Source: the human T2T-CHM13v2.0 reference genome, Homo sapiens
DNA length: 64,000 bases
Assembly (NCBI RefSeq): GCF_009914755.1
Contig: NC_060935.1
Reading direction: 5' to 3' (one strand)
Part shown: positions 44,841-61,709 of the stretch, piece by piece
Layout of the letters: each line of letters starts with the position of its first letter
Numbering within the stretch: position 1 is the first letter of the stretch
Program-made: the position numbers and the translations under genes
The notes under the pieces: generated by a model
Database searches by the model: none
What the model was told of the DNA's origin: nothing
What the model saw: the letters and a program-made list of their open reading frames with translations, nothing else

Positions 44841-45599
44841 TTTTACATTTCACAAAGTAGAGCACACCAGCTCTCAATCAGCCTTCATTAAATTGCCAGA
44901 AGAACCTTGGAAGCCCTCACCCATCTTGGGTGAGTTAGTACTAGCTGCCTGAGGAGGAAGAAGAGAGCTTCAACGCCCATCTCACTCTAATCAGAGCAAT
45001 TCATTAGCTCTACCTGTACCATCTCCTGGTTTAGGAAGAGCTCCACTGTGAGCTGCCTCACAGTGGCAAGCCTTGGCATTAGGCAAGCCACCCTGGGGCA
45101 ATCAAGACTTAGGCTTTTTTTTTTTTTTTTTACTTAAACCGTGTCACTGACCTAAGCTGGGTTGATTATTTCACTTTTTTAAAAAAGAAGCATATTAATG
45201 CCACGTTTTCTAAAACAATAAGAACTATTATGGTATGTGATTCCACACCATACACTTTATTAATTACACTCTTGAAGTTTAAATTATTTCTAAATAGCTG
45301 TTTCTAAAAGCATGCATGGAATTTATAACTGATGACTGGGAAATGTACTGTTTTAATAGCATTAAATATATTCATCTTTATTGTTTGTTAACAATGTTAG
45401 CATTTGAAGACTAGACTGGCAATGTCACCTTTTATCAACCTTCCCTACAACCTGTTTATAGAAGAAAAGGTGGGGGGGGGGGTGGGTTAGAACTAATAAC
45501 CCTAAAAATACTGTTATTAATTCAATAACACCTCTGGAAACTACTTCTTTGTTATAAATAACACTGGGCACAGCGAAATGGAAACTATCAAATACAGTA

Positions 45600-46030
45600 G
45601 AACTTAAAATCATGTAGTACGAGGAGGTTTGATTTGGATAAAAAGACCTTGAACATATTAAGTTAAACAAGCCAGACATAAAAGGAGAAATATTGTATGA
45701 TTCCACCAATATGAGGAATCTAGAACAGGCAAATTTATAAAGACCGAAAGTGGATTCGAGGTTACCAAAGGCTGGAAGGGCAGGGGAATGGGAGGTTATT
45801 GCCTAATGGTTACAGTTTTTGTTTGGGATAAATGAAAAAGTTTTGAAAATAGTGGAGAAGGTTGCACAACACTGTGAATGTAATTAACGCCACTGAATTG
45901 CACACTTAAAGGTTAAATTAGCAAATTCTGTTGTATTTTACCAAAATTTTAAAAATTAATGTATATACCCCAAATCGTACACTTTACATGGGTGAATTAT
46001 ATGTGAATTGCATCTCAATAAACATCTTTT
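45600..46030 (+). mobile_element. L1MB/MC-type 3' end
   Basis: AAATATTGTATGATTCCAC, GAGGTTACCA..GGCTGG, GGTTGCACAACACTGTGAATGTA, ending CTCAATAAA. Confidence 0.7.
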
Positions 46031-46964
46031 TAAAAAGAAATTCATGATTTGGTCTTGAAGCATTCAAAGGAGTCTAACGCTGAAAAGGGCAGAGACTTCG
46101 TGTGATCCTGGGAACAAAACTAGGACCTCCAAGGCCTCAATTACAGGAGGCAGATGTCCACTCAATACAAGGAAGAAACAACAGCCAAAGCGTCCAGAAT
46201 CATCACGTGTCTTCTCACAAAGGGGAGGACTATCATTAGAGGTGTTTTAGCAAGGGCAAAGATGCCCATCTGTCAGGAATGCACAGGGCCTATAAAGGCC
46301 CATAAACATCTTTGTCTTCGAATGCTAAATTGTGTCTATGTTTTTTTTGTTTTTTTTTTTTTTTCAGGTAAGAGTCCTTATGCTAGATTCTCAAAAGGGA
46401 TAATAACCCTAAAAATGATAAAAGTCACTATTATTGAGAAAATTCCAGTATTTCAAGTGAGATTTCACTAGATCTAAACACTTCTTTCAAATCTGAAACT
46501 GTAAACCCCTATAGACTATACTCCCCTTAAGGAGTGTAGTCAAAACAGGATTCACTACATATTAATACAAATGACCTGTGGTCCAGAACTGACTAGGGGT
46601 GCCCTCATTATGGAAGTGAAATAAACCTGTAAGAATGTCTTTGGGCTAAAATTTGGGTAAAAGGAAGATAACGCATAATGGGGCAAGGCCAAGTCAGACT
46701 AAGATGCTCCTCTCCTCTGTTCCCAACTGCTACTCCTCACTGTACTGAGCGAGTTCTTTCCCATGTCTCGGAACTTAAAACACTGGGAATGCCCCAGGAC
46801 TCAATCCTCAGATCTGTTCTTTGCTCACTCCTTAGATAACCTTAACCCGTACCACGGTTTTAAATACCCTCTATAAACTGAGAACACCCATATTTACAAT
46901 TTCCGGTTTGAAAGTCTCTGAATTTCAGACTTGTATATCCTATTCTCTCTTCAAGACATCTATT

Positions 46965-48634
<1,670 letters not shown>

Positions 48635-50472
48635 AGACATCTATTCTTGAATGTCTATCAGGTCTCTCAAACCCAAACTTCTAGTATTCCTCTACCAAAC
48701 CTGCTCTTCCCAGTCTTCCCTATCTCAGCAAATGCTCACGTTAAAAATCTTGAAGTCGGCTGGGCGCGGTGGCTCAGAGCCTGTTCTAGCACTTTGGGAG
48801 ACCGACACAGGAGGACTGCTTGAAGCCAGGAGTTCAAGACCAACCTGGCCAACATAGATTTTTAAAATCTTGAAGTCGTCCTTAAGTTCTCTTTTTCTTT
48901 TACAATCTACCTCCAAACCATTAGCAAATGATGTTGGCTTCACCTTCAAACCATATCTCAAATTTACCATCTCCTCCTCTATTAATCTGGATTATTACAA
49001 CAGCCTTTTAACTGGTCTTCCGGCTTTCACCTTTGCCTCCCCACAATCTAATGAGCAGCCACTGATCCTGTTAAAATTTAAGTCTCTGCTCTAAACCCTT
49101 CAATGACTTCCTATTTCACTCATAATAAAAACCATAGTGCCTTCCAAGACCTACAAGGTCCTACCTAAAGAATTTGCCCCTACCATACACACACCTTTCT
49201 GGTCTCATCTCACCTCTCTCCCAGTCCCTCTCCCTGGACTCCTGGTTGCCCTGTCTTTGCCTTCTTTGGAATGCTGCTGCCCAAGGTATCTCCATGGCTG
49301 GCCCCTTCACCTGGTCTTTGCTCAAATTCACCTTCTTAGTGAGGCCTTCTCTAATCACTGTATTTAAAATAGCAATTGTGCGTCCCTTGATACTACTTAT
49401 TCCCCTACCCTCTAACCTTTGTTTATTTTTCTCCACAGTATTTATCATCATCCGACACACTACGTATTTTACTTGTTTATTCCCCCCCCATTAGAATGTA
49501 ATCTTCATGAAAGCAAGGACTTCGATTTGTTCATCTGTAACCCCCACTGCTCACAACAATGCCAACACAAGTAGACCTTCAATAATTAATTGAACTAATT
49601 AATAAATAACATAAATTATAGTCGCCCGTTGCTGCACCTGTTCCCTTACTGGACTGAGAGCTTTCTGCAAGCAGTGACACCCTTATTCACCCATGAACTC
49701 CCAGCACCTAACATTTGCGCTCGGCACATAGTAGGCATTGATTTTAAATGAATGAACCAACAAGACAGGCCTATGAAACATCTCAGCCTTTCAAACACAG
49801 TCCCTATGCTATCATTCCCTAAATATGTCAGTGTGTGGGGGTTATCCGAAGGAAGAGGTTCCAATACCAATTTCCACGCCCTCACGCGTACACCCTCTGT
49901 TATCCCTACAATACCCAAGCGAGAAAATGAGTAACGGTGACAGCCAGAAAATGAATCCTGAACCGTGCAATGACAAGTCCGAAGGAGAAAGCAGTTGCGA
50001 TGAGATGAAAGAAGGTAGCGGGACTCAAAACAGAAACACTGTCCCGGGGGTGGTGGCAAGGAGAGGGAAAGGCCCCAGTGGCCACAACCATAGAGTCCTG
50101 CTCTCTTTTGACAGCTAAGGAAACTAACGCCCAGAGAGGAAAGCGACTCCCCCGAGGTCACACAGCAAGTGAGCCACGGCGAGAACCCACAGCATCCCGC
50201 GTCCGCGCGCCGCCCCAGCTCCCTCGCGTTTGGGGTGGTGTCCTCCGCGCAGAGCCCCCACCAGCGCACGTGCTCCGAGGTCCCCGGACGCCCGCCCGCC
50301 CACGGCTCGGGGCCGGCTCCCCATCTCGGTCCAACGCTGGGGTCGACGGCAGTGCGCTGCGCCCGCCTCCTGCGCCCCTCTCAGCCAGCCCGGGAGCCCG
50401 CCAGGGGCCGGCGGCTGGCAGCGCTCACCGCGAAGGTGGGCCCGGGCCGCCCGCTCTGCGCCCGCCGCTTAC

Positions 50473-50561
50473 CTGGCAGGGTCCCGCGGGAACCTGAAGA
50501 AGGCCAAGTCGGACTGCGTGCTCTTCCGCGTGCAGTTGGGGGCAGCGCAGAAGTTCGGCAT
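50473..50561 (-). CDS. THAP12: THAP12 coding exon 1 (MPNFCAAPNCTRKSTQSDLAFFRFPRDPA-R), start of THAP zinc finger
   Basis: ATG at 50561 with A at -3 and an in-frame stop upstream (50607-50609). CxxxxC and FFRFP THAP motifs are present. Donor AG|GTAAGC at 50473/50472. 89 nt, phase 2. Confidence 0.97.
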
Positions 50562-51042
50562 CGTCGCCCGCCCGCCGGCCGGCCCAGCCCTCCCCTCCCC
50601 GCCTCCTCAGGGCAGTCCGCCCGCCCGTCGGGGCCGGGGAGGGGAGCCAGGCCGGCCGGCCGGCTCGGCAGGGCCGACGCGCGGGGGAGGGGCGGGCGGG
50701 CTAGAAGCCGCGAGGGCCAGGAGGGGTGCCGCGGTCCGAGGCCGGGCTGGGGACGCGGCTCCACAGTGCTGTGAGCGGCCGGGAGGATTTACCGCCGCCG
50801 CCGCCGCTGGTGCACCTCCCGCCCGCCCGAGACGCTGCCGCCTCCTTCCCACAATGCACCCTGACGCCCGGGGGTGCCCTCTCTTCCCTCAGCCTTCCTC
50901 CCCCGCCCCTCCTTTCCGCCTTCTCAGCAGGCGGGCACGCGCAAGGAAGCGCGCCTGCCGGGGTGTGGCGAGGCGGAGGCGGGACCTGGCGCGCGCCGCC
51001 GCAGTGCGACTGCGCACAGTCTAATCCGCGGGGAGAGAGAAT

Positions 51043-51054
51043 TGCGCATGCGCG
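51043..51054. promoter_or_regulatory. NRF1 binding motif TGCGCATGCGCG
   Basis: Exact match to the YGCGCAYGCGCR consensus, a motif typical of bidirectional CpG-island promoters. Confidence 0.75.
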
Positions 51055-51099
51055 CCTGTCTCCCGGGACGCTAGAGCAGGCGGTTCCTGGGCTGCTCCG

Positions 51100-52183
<1,084 letters not shown>

Positions 52184-53223
52184 TGAGAGGAATGTGAGTT
52201 AGCTGAACCAGAACTAGGATGCTGCCTCACTGTTAGGCACCTTCTTTGGCTGCTCACGTATTTTTCAGTCTTCACCACTCCTCCCTATGTGCCATGGCCC
52301 TCCTCATTACTCTTTGCTGGACTCTTGGACCATTTTCCTTGCTGTTCTCCATAACTTTGAAAAACTTTTGGCTGTTCCCTTCTGGTATTTGCTTGTTCTT
52401 GATTTCTTTTGCTCAACAAGTTTGGATTTCTTCTCTGCCCAGACCTTAGCTTGTTGTGGCTGTCCTGTTCCTTTGTTCTCAACCTTCTGCCTCAGAGGAT
52501 CATGCCAGTGAGAAGAGAGGAACAGGATCTCCTGGAATCTGTATCTCTGTGCCCAGGGAAGCATGCTTTTCTGGGAGGACCCCAAAAGAAGGCTTACAGT
52601 TTCAGCCTGCTTTGCAGTCAGGGCCTGAGGTATGGTACAGAAGGTAGTAGCATGCTGGTATTACTGAACAGTGCTGGGCCTAGGGGCTGATCTGGCCCAA
52701 ATGACTCAGTAGGCACCCTTAGGAATCAGGGGTTGGCCACCAATACTGATCTTCTCACAGGCCTACACCTCACAGAAGAGCTGGGTTTGTTTCATTCTAG
52801 TCCTATGCTTTGGACCTCCACTCATTTGGGTATCACCCCTGTTGGAAGAGGAGGATCTGGTGCTAGAAAATATAAACCCGGGGACCCAGGCAAGGCTGTG
52901 TTGTGTGGGGAGGAAGACCAGGTGGCTCTCTAGTCCCTGAATTAAGGGAGCCTGCTGCCTATGTGCGGATTCCCACACAGCAGCCTGTTTTTAGTAACTA
53001 ATGCCTATAGTTTTGAGAACTTGCTGTTTTTAGGACACTGCTGGGCATTGACAATGTGGAGGTTGTGAACAAGATCTCCAAGGGCTGATGGGCTTCATGG
53101 ATGAGATGGTTCTTGAACTGGATCCATGAGGATGGGTGAGACAGGGCTGTGAAATTAGGGAAAGCTTCCGGGGCAGGTGGAACAGCATGAGGCTTCCAAC
53201 CTGCATCAGTAGAAAATGACACT

Positions 53224-53543
<320 letters not shown>

Positions 53544-54049
53544 CTAAAATAACAAAGTTTAAAGAGGAAGATAATGGTGTTGCAGCAGATGAACAATTTG
53601 GGATAATTTGCTTTCTCTCCTAAGCCTCCAACTCTATGCCACTTGTTGTTAAATTGCTTCCCCTGAGTCTGTGAATAGGTTTGTAACAACCAATTTGATA
53701 TCTGATTTTCCATTTGGACCCCGACAAGCAGTTTCTGCAAGTTCAAACTCTGTCTCTTCTCTTCCTGCCTCTGCCAGGATTTATGGAATGGAACTTTTCC
53801 CAAGTGGGTTCCAAGTAATACCACATAGACTGGAAACATTCAGGGGGCAGGGGTTTGGTAATAGCATTTCACAGAATTGGCCAGTCTTTGTTTTACTCAA
53901 GGATTTTTAGATATAACAGCTCCTCTTAAACAATATTGCTTGATAGTAGAGGCACAACACTCATTCATCACAGTTACTTTTAGTGCTGTTCTTTCACTTT
54001 CTCTACTCACCTCCAAAAATTACAAGTTCCTCATTAACACCTGTTTTTG

Positions 54050-54372
<323 letters not shown>

Positions 54373-56657
54373 TGAAAGCTAGACGTTGTCCCACAAAGAG
54401 AAGATACTGTGTAAGAAAACTCTTAAACCAAACAACAGCTTATAGACCTCCAGCTCCTTAACAGTTTCTAGACATTCCATTTCAGGACAATGAAGTCTTC
54501 CTACATCAGATGCGGCTCTAGGTTGCCCACAAGCACTTGGCACCAGGGACACTGCACTTTAGGAACAAAGTCCCCACCACTAGTTCTTGCAGCTTTGTTG
54601 CTGAACCTCATAGTAATCCTTGCTAAGGCCTACCCAGTGGTAATTGTTGCAGATTTATATGCTCCTGGTCCCAGGCCAGGATCCCACAACCATACCTACA
54701 GGAGTTGTTTCTAACCTGTTATTAAACAGAGGTCCTGAGACAACTTACTTGTGGATTTTATTCCAGTCCTATGAACAGGGCTGGTATGTCCCTGCCAGTG
54801 ATGCTGGACCAAGACCCATGGTGGAGTGTAGAGTACCAGAAGCTATGTTGGTCCAGACATGGTTTAGACACAGCAACCAGAAGCAGGTAATTAGGAGTGT
54901 GAATTCAAATGGTTCCAATTGGCTATAATGAAAAGGACTTATCCAGAGCAAACCATTCACATTTGGCTGCTCAGAATTTCTAAACCCAAGGGTAGAGCAT
55001 GATCTGGGCATCTCCAAATAGGAAAGTTCTTATATGAGTACTCCTAATGTGTCCACCCACCAAATCTATTTTATTGCTGATGCACGTTTTGCCCTGGCCT
55101 GCACCTTGCTGCCTAGGCCTCTTGAGCTCCTGGTCCCGTAGTCTCACACATCCAGCTATGTGTCCGTCACACCCCAGGCTCTTGTCCTTGACTATCTTCA
55201 GACACCTCTCAGTTTATTCTTCACAGTTTGCTCTTACTCCTCTCTTTCCTTGTTGCTTTGTTTTCTGGTCCTGGGTCACATCTTCAGTAGCTGCTTTTGG
55301 TCACTTTGGTGTGCTGATCCTTGTATTGACCTTTGGGTCATGGTTTTCCACTTAACTTACAACTCTTCTCTGATTTTTTGGATCCTTCTTTCAGCTCCCC
55401 GCTTCAGCTGCTGAGTAAGGAAATTGTCTGCTCCAGCCCTGGCCCCAGGTTGCCTTCCTATCTTAAAGAAGCAGGGTGGGGTGACATGGGGGAATTATGT
55501 GTTGATTTTGTTTTTTCTAAGGGACATGGGCACCTTAGCCACCCTCAGTTGCACTCCCCAGAGGCACCCAGTGTCACCAGTTTCTCAAGGAGGCAATATG
55601 GTTACCTCTAGTAGCAAGAGTCATGAAACTTCTTCAGAGTTATAACATCCAAAGCCCATTCTCCTAGCAACTGTATTTTCCCTGGCAGGAGAAACTCCAC
55701 CTAACCACAATAGATCAAGCCTGGCTTTCTGTGGGATGTCAGTAGGAGAGCTGGCCATCTGCAAACTTTCTCAAGCTTAACACCATCGGTCAATGACTCC
55801 GTTTGGCTTTCAGGTTGATCTTTGTCCCCGCCCCCACGCTCATTCTAATTCAAAGTCCACATGGAATGTTTTATGCCACAGCTGAGCGTCTAAGAGGAAT
55901 ACATGCCTTCTGGGGCAGATCATCCTAACACTGATTTTATGCAATTCTCCCCTTCCATCACCCCACCCTACCTTGCTTCATTTGCCCCACTAGTAATGAT
56001 CAAAAAGAGAAAGAATAAAATGTTCACCAAATCTGTGACTTAGAAAAACATGTGGAGGGTTCTGCCATCTTCTGAATTCTGATCCTCACTGAGTCCTCAT
56101 TGAAATGTTATTTGGGGAAGAATGTTTACCTGGGGCCTCCTTCCCAGAAACTTTTTTTCAGATGAATTTCTAGTCAAAGACTAAGACTTGCCTTTGGAAA
56201 TGCCTGGATAAATCTGGATGCTAAATGACTTGAGGACACCTAATAAAGGAATGGGGTACTATTGGGGAATTGTCTGTCATTGCATTACAAATGCTGCTCA
56301 GTCTCCCTGCTATTTGCAGACATCATCACCAGAGAGTTTCACTAGGCTCGTTGGGATTGGGTCTCAGCAAGGTCCCATGTGACTCAATAAGAGCCCACCT
56401 TTGCTGCTAAATTGTGTATGTTACTGTGCATTCTCCAATTACTTCTTCTTCAGTCAGCCCACCCAGATTTTACCAGGCGTTTATATCTTTTCTGAGGTAA
56501 CCATCATGTATTTATGTTCTACAGTGTCTCCCTTATCAGATCCTTGCAAATACTGTCCTAGTTGAATCACCCCTTTCCCAGTATTAATATCCGGAAACAA
56601 AAAATCTATAGTGGGGAGCTCCAGTGGGTCCCCTCCAAGGACTCACTTGGGCATAGT

Positions 56658-57250
56658 CCAGTGGTCAACAGACTTCTATAAAGGAGTCTTTATGGGCCAT
56701 ATGGTCTCTTTTGCCACTAAACATTTTAGTGCAAAAGTAGACATAGTTAATATAGAAACAGATGAGCACAGCTGTGTTCCAATAAAACTTTATAAATGGA
56801 TACTAGAATTTGAATTTTATATAGTTTTTACAAAATACTATTTTGATTTTTTTAAACCATTGAAAAATGTTAAAAAGAGGCCGGGCACGGTGGCTCAGAC
56901 CTGTAATCCCAGCACTTTGGGAGGCCGAGGCGGGTGGATCACCTGAGGTCAGGAGTTCGAGACCAGCTTGGCTAACATGGTAAAACCTCATCTCTACTAA
57001 AAATATAAAAATTAGCCGGGCGTGGTGGTGTGTGTCTGTAATCCCAGCTACCCGAGAGGCTGAGGCAGGAGAATTGCTTGAACCCTGGAGGCTGCAGTGA
57101 TCCAAGATCTCGCCACTACTCCAGCCTGGGCAACAGAGGGAGACTCCATCTCAAAAAAAGAAAGTTAGACATTCTTAGCTTTTAGGCCATAGAAAAACAG
57201 ATGGCAGGACAGATTTGGCCCATCGGCTATAGTTTGATATAACCCCCAGT
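56658..57250. mobile_element. MER58B-like MITE interrupted by AluS (56879-57160, +)
   Basis: Contains GGGCCATATGGTCTCT, CTGTGTTCCAATAAAACTTTAT and GATTTGGCCC..TAGTTTG. Confidence 0.7.
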
Positions 57251-57363
57251 CTAGTGTATATGAAGTGTGTATATAAAAATGACAGATGATTATTTTCCAT
57301 CAATAACATTATTAATGCCACATTGATCTGGCAGTGTCTGACAATTTATTTGTGGAAATTGTG

Positions 57364-57660
57364 GGCCAGGCACGATGGCTCATGTCTGTAATCCTAGCAC
57401 TTTGGGAGGCTGAGGCGGGCAGATTGCTTGAGGCCAGAAGTTAGAGACCAACCTGGGCCAACATGGTGAAACCCCATCTCTACAAAAAAATACAAAAATT
57501 AGCCTGGCATGGTGGCACGTGGCTGTAGTCCCAGCTACTTGCAGGGTTGAGGCAGGAGGATCACTTGAGCCCAGGAGGTCCAGGCTGCAGTGAGCCATGA
57601 TCGTGCTACTGCACTACAGCCTAGGCGACAGAGTGAGACCCTGTCTCAAACAAAAAAAAG
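57364..57660 (+). mobile_element. AluJ
   Basis: Dimeric Alu with TSD GAAATTGTG. Confidence 0.85.
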
Positions 57661-60278
57661 AAATTGTGGAATATTGGAGGGACTCTGTGGAGCCAGGAGA
57701 GTAAACTAAAGCTGAATGATTGGCTATTTTACCTTGAAATATTCTGGTTCACAAAATAAATTTTGTGCTGTTTTTGACTAAAAATGATATTATAAAACCA
57801 CCTATATTATTCCCATGTAAAATATCAAAACCAGTGTTGGCAACACTAAAACTGATGCCAAGCTGCAACCAACAATAATAGAATGAACTGAAGGTAGTCC
57901 CAAAAATGATTTGACCATGGGTAGCATTTGAATAAGCTTATGTTATCACCTATTAAAGTGTGTACTATGGAGATGACAAAACTCACTGAAATGTATTTTT
58001 TGCATGCTTGCAAATATATATATGTATTACAGATACATATGTGTATTTGCACCTTGCAACTGGTGCTGAGATCTGTCCTTTTAGGTAAGTGTATTTGTCT
58101 TTTCCCCTAGAGAGCTCTTTATTGTGTCACCTTTATTTAAACTGATTTTCCAAAGTTGTAGTAGAATCTCAGCATTGAACAGTCCATTACAACAGTGTCT
58201 GATCCAGCCAGTCATGTTTCCTATGAGTTCAGGAGTAACTAAACCCTACAGCTGCTGAAAGATTGCATCTGAAAGAAGATTCTGTGTTAATTCACTCAAC
58301 AATTTTTTATTGAGTGGCTGTATGGGCCAGATGCTATCTTGTGTGCCGAGATACAGCAGTGTACAAAATAGACACAGGCCTTGGATTAGATGGTCTGAAA
58401 TCTAATTATATTACTCTTCACTCTTGCAAATTTTCTGTTCCGTGTGTGCACACTAACCCATTGTTAACTGCATACCTGGAAATAGGTATGACTGTTGCCA
58501 CATGCCTTTGTGCTCTGGTCTTGATGCCTCTCCAGCTGCATTAATAATTTGAGGACTGCGTGTTTCATTTAAATTTTATTATCCTTTAGACAGATCTATA
58601 TTGGCAGAAAAACACACTGGCAATGTTAGAAGTGTAGACTGGCAATGGTTTTCTGAAAAGCAATTTGGCAATATCTATCAGGAGCTTTAAAAATGTTTAG
58701 ATCCTCTGATCCTCCAATTCCACTTCTGGGAATTTGTCCTAAAGAAATAGTCTAAAATGTGGGCAAAATCAAGGCTTGACAATCTTAAAGTCCAACAGTA
58801 GAAAATTGGTTAAGTAAATTACAGTATGACTATCCAGTAGACTGTTGTGCCATCATTATAATTTATGTTTCTGAAGAATATTTGACAGCATGGCAAAGTG
58901 CTTATAGTGTTAAGTGAAAAGAGTGATATACAAAATTGTATGTATAAATCCAAAAAATGACTTTTAAAAAGATGGAAAGGATATGCAAACTCTGGGTAGT
59001 TGGATTATGGGTTTTCCTGGTTTTATGCTTTAAAAAATTTTCTCCAGTATATTACTACTTATATTATCAGTAAAAATCAATAGCATCTAGAGCTGGCAGT
59101 GGAGAGATTGAGGCCAGATCACTAGTTTGGTCCATGAACAATTAACTGGCTGGGTGGACACAGAGGCTATATGATCTTGTGTTGGCAGCAAGGCTGGGAC
59201 AGAAGGGAAAAGGACCTGCCCAGGAGGAGAAGGGACCGTGTGACTATGTGACCATAATCCCTACAAAAAAACACAAAGTGTTAAGGGAAGACACTGTGGG
59301 TGGCATGCTCTTGTGATGTAGTCGTAGGTCGGTAAAAGACCACTTATGAATCAAGTATATTCTGACAAGTGGAAAAGGATATGAATGCTCTCCTGGGTAA
59401 AATTAACCTCCTTTGCATTTCATTCTCACATTCTCGCACAAAATGAATTATCAAGATGGATTTTATAATAGCTGATTCTCTGAAGAATCCCTGAGACTTT
59501 GTATGATTCTTTAGTATAGCAGTGGCTTTCGATGTGCCAAGTCTACCTCCTCCCATACTGGGACACTCAAGCAACACAGATGTACACGGGAATTTTGGGT
59601 ATTCTATACTGAGAATACTGCACACATATCGTTAGTCATCTTAATGTTGTAACTTACCAAACTCTTAAGGTTTGCAAATGTGATTTTGTTGGCATCTAGA
59701 ACCAGTGTATTTTTTATTTATGTCTGAAAAATAATCATTGTGGGGTTTTAAAATGAAAAATCATGTAGCTAATGCCTATCCATAGATGAAATTGTTATGT
59801 TGGGAAAATGTGTACTTAATCTTTGCTTTAGTAAAATGATTATTATAAAAATGTTAAAGGTCTCCTCAGTGAAATTTTAAACCTCCAAATGAGTACACAA
59901 GGTAAATACATATTTTATAGGCCTATAGCTCATATAATCGCCAAGCTGAAAGAGTTCTTTAAGATCTAAGTATAAGTCCTCTGGTCTATAGAATGAATGA
60001 GTGAGGCTTGGGTTTCAGTTCTGGCTTCTTAACTAGCTATGTGACTTTGGGCAGTTCATTTGTACCCTCTAAGGTTGTCAGTTAATTCATCTGTAAAAGG
60101 GAAGTAATGCCATCTATCTCATGGAGTTGTTCATTTTGTTCATTTCAACAATATTTATTGAGTGCTTATCTGTGTATGATGCTGTTCTAGACACAATAAA
60201 CAAGACCCCAAGAAATGTTCCTCCTCGTGAGCACACATTTCAGTGAGGGAGACAGACAAGAAATAAGATAAATTAGTA

Positions 60279-60601
<323 letters not shown>

Positions 60602-60629
60602 TTATTAGATGTGAGGCTTACATTAAACA

Positions 60630-60763
60630 GTGTATACGAGGCACACAGCACAACACCTGGCATGGAGTACGTGCTCAATAGAGAATAATTTCTTCTGTGT
60701 ATACGAGGCACACAGCACAACACCTGGCATGGAGTACGTGCCCAATAGAGAATAATTTCTTCT
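60630..60763. repeat. 67-bp tandem duplication (2 copies, 1 mismatch)
   Basis: GTGTATACGAGGCACACAGCACAACACCTGGCATGGAGTACGTGC(T/C)CAATAGAGAATAATTTCTTCT occurs twice in tandem. Confidence 0.95.
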
Positions 60764-61395
60764 GTTTCTTGAGGCTTCCTAACAGCTCCGGAATTACCCT
60801 ACAACGTGCTGGTAGTCGGCAAGAAGCCTGACTGGTTGCTTTCTATCTCTTGCCAGTTAAGGCCTAAACCTGTTTCTGCTTAAGAAGACAAAAGAATTCT
60901 TACAGTGGTGTTTTGTACTTCCTATATGGCAGATTAATCAAGGTGGTGCCTAAACACGGTTGATAAATGACCTTTTCTGGAGCCAGTTGGCAGGAGTCCT
61001 TGCCTGGGGCAGGATGGCAGGTGTTAAGTCCACAAAGACAAATGCATAGTGTCATTGCTATTTAAGCAAAACAGACTAGAAGACCGAAACGGCTGTTTCT
61101 CTTAAAGAAAAGATGTGTGCCCTATGTCCTGGGCCAAATGCTGGAGCACTGAGCAAAGTTTGCAGTATTAGAAGGAAACTGCCTACTGCATTATTTATGG
61201 GAGACCAGGGCATTGACAGAAAGCCAGGAAAAGGAGAGTTTAATGGTTTGCGGTTTTGATATTTTTGTCCATTGTAGAAAATTTGGAAAGTTTAGAAATG
61301 TTTAAAGAAGCAGCCAGAAGTCCACTCCTAGAGTTCGGGTCTGTCATCAGACCCATCTCCTTGCCTCAGCTTCCTCCTTCAAAAACATCCAGCCA

Positions 61396-61709
<314 letters not shown>

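Noticed and set aside
52240-52360. Possible remnants of mariner second and third Asp motifs (LHHSS ~ HHDN; PPHYSLLD ~ PPYSPDL)
   Set aside because: They are in different frames and only about 35 nt apart instead of about 30 codons. The similarity is too weak without an HMM search.
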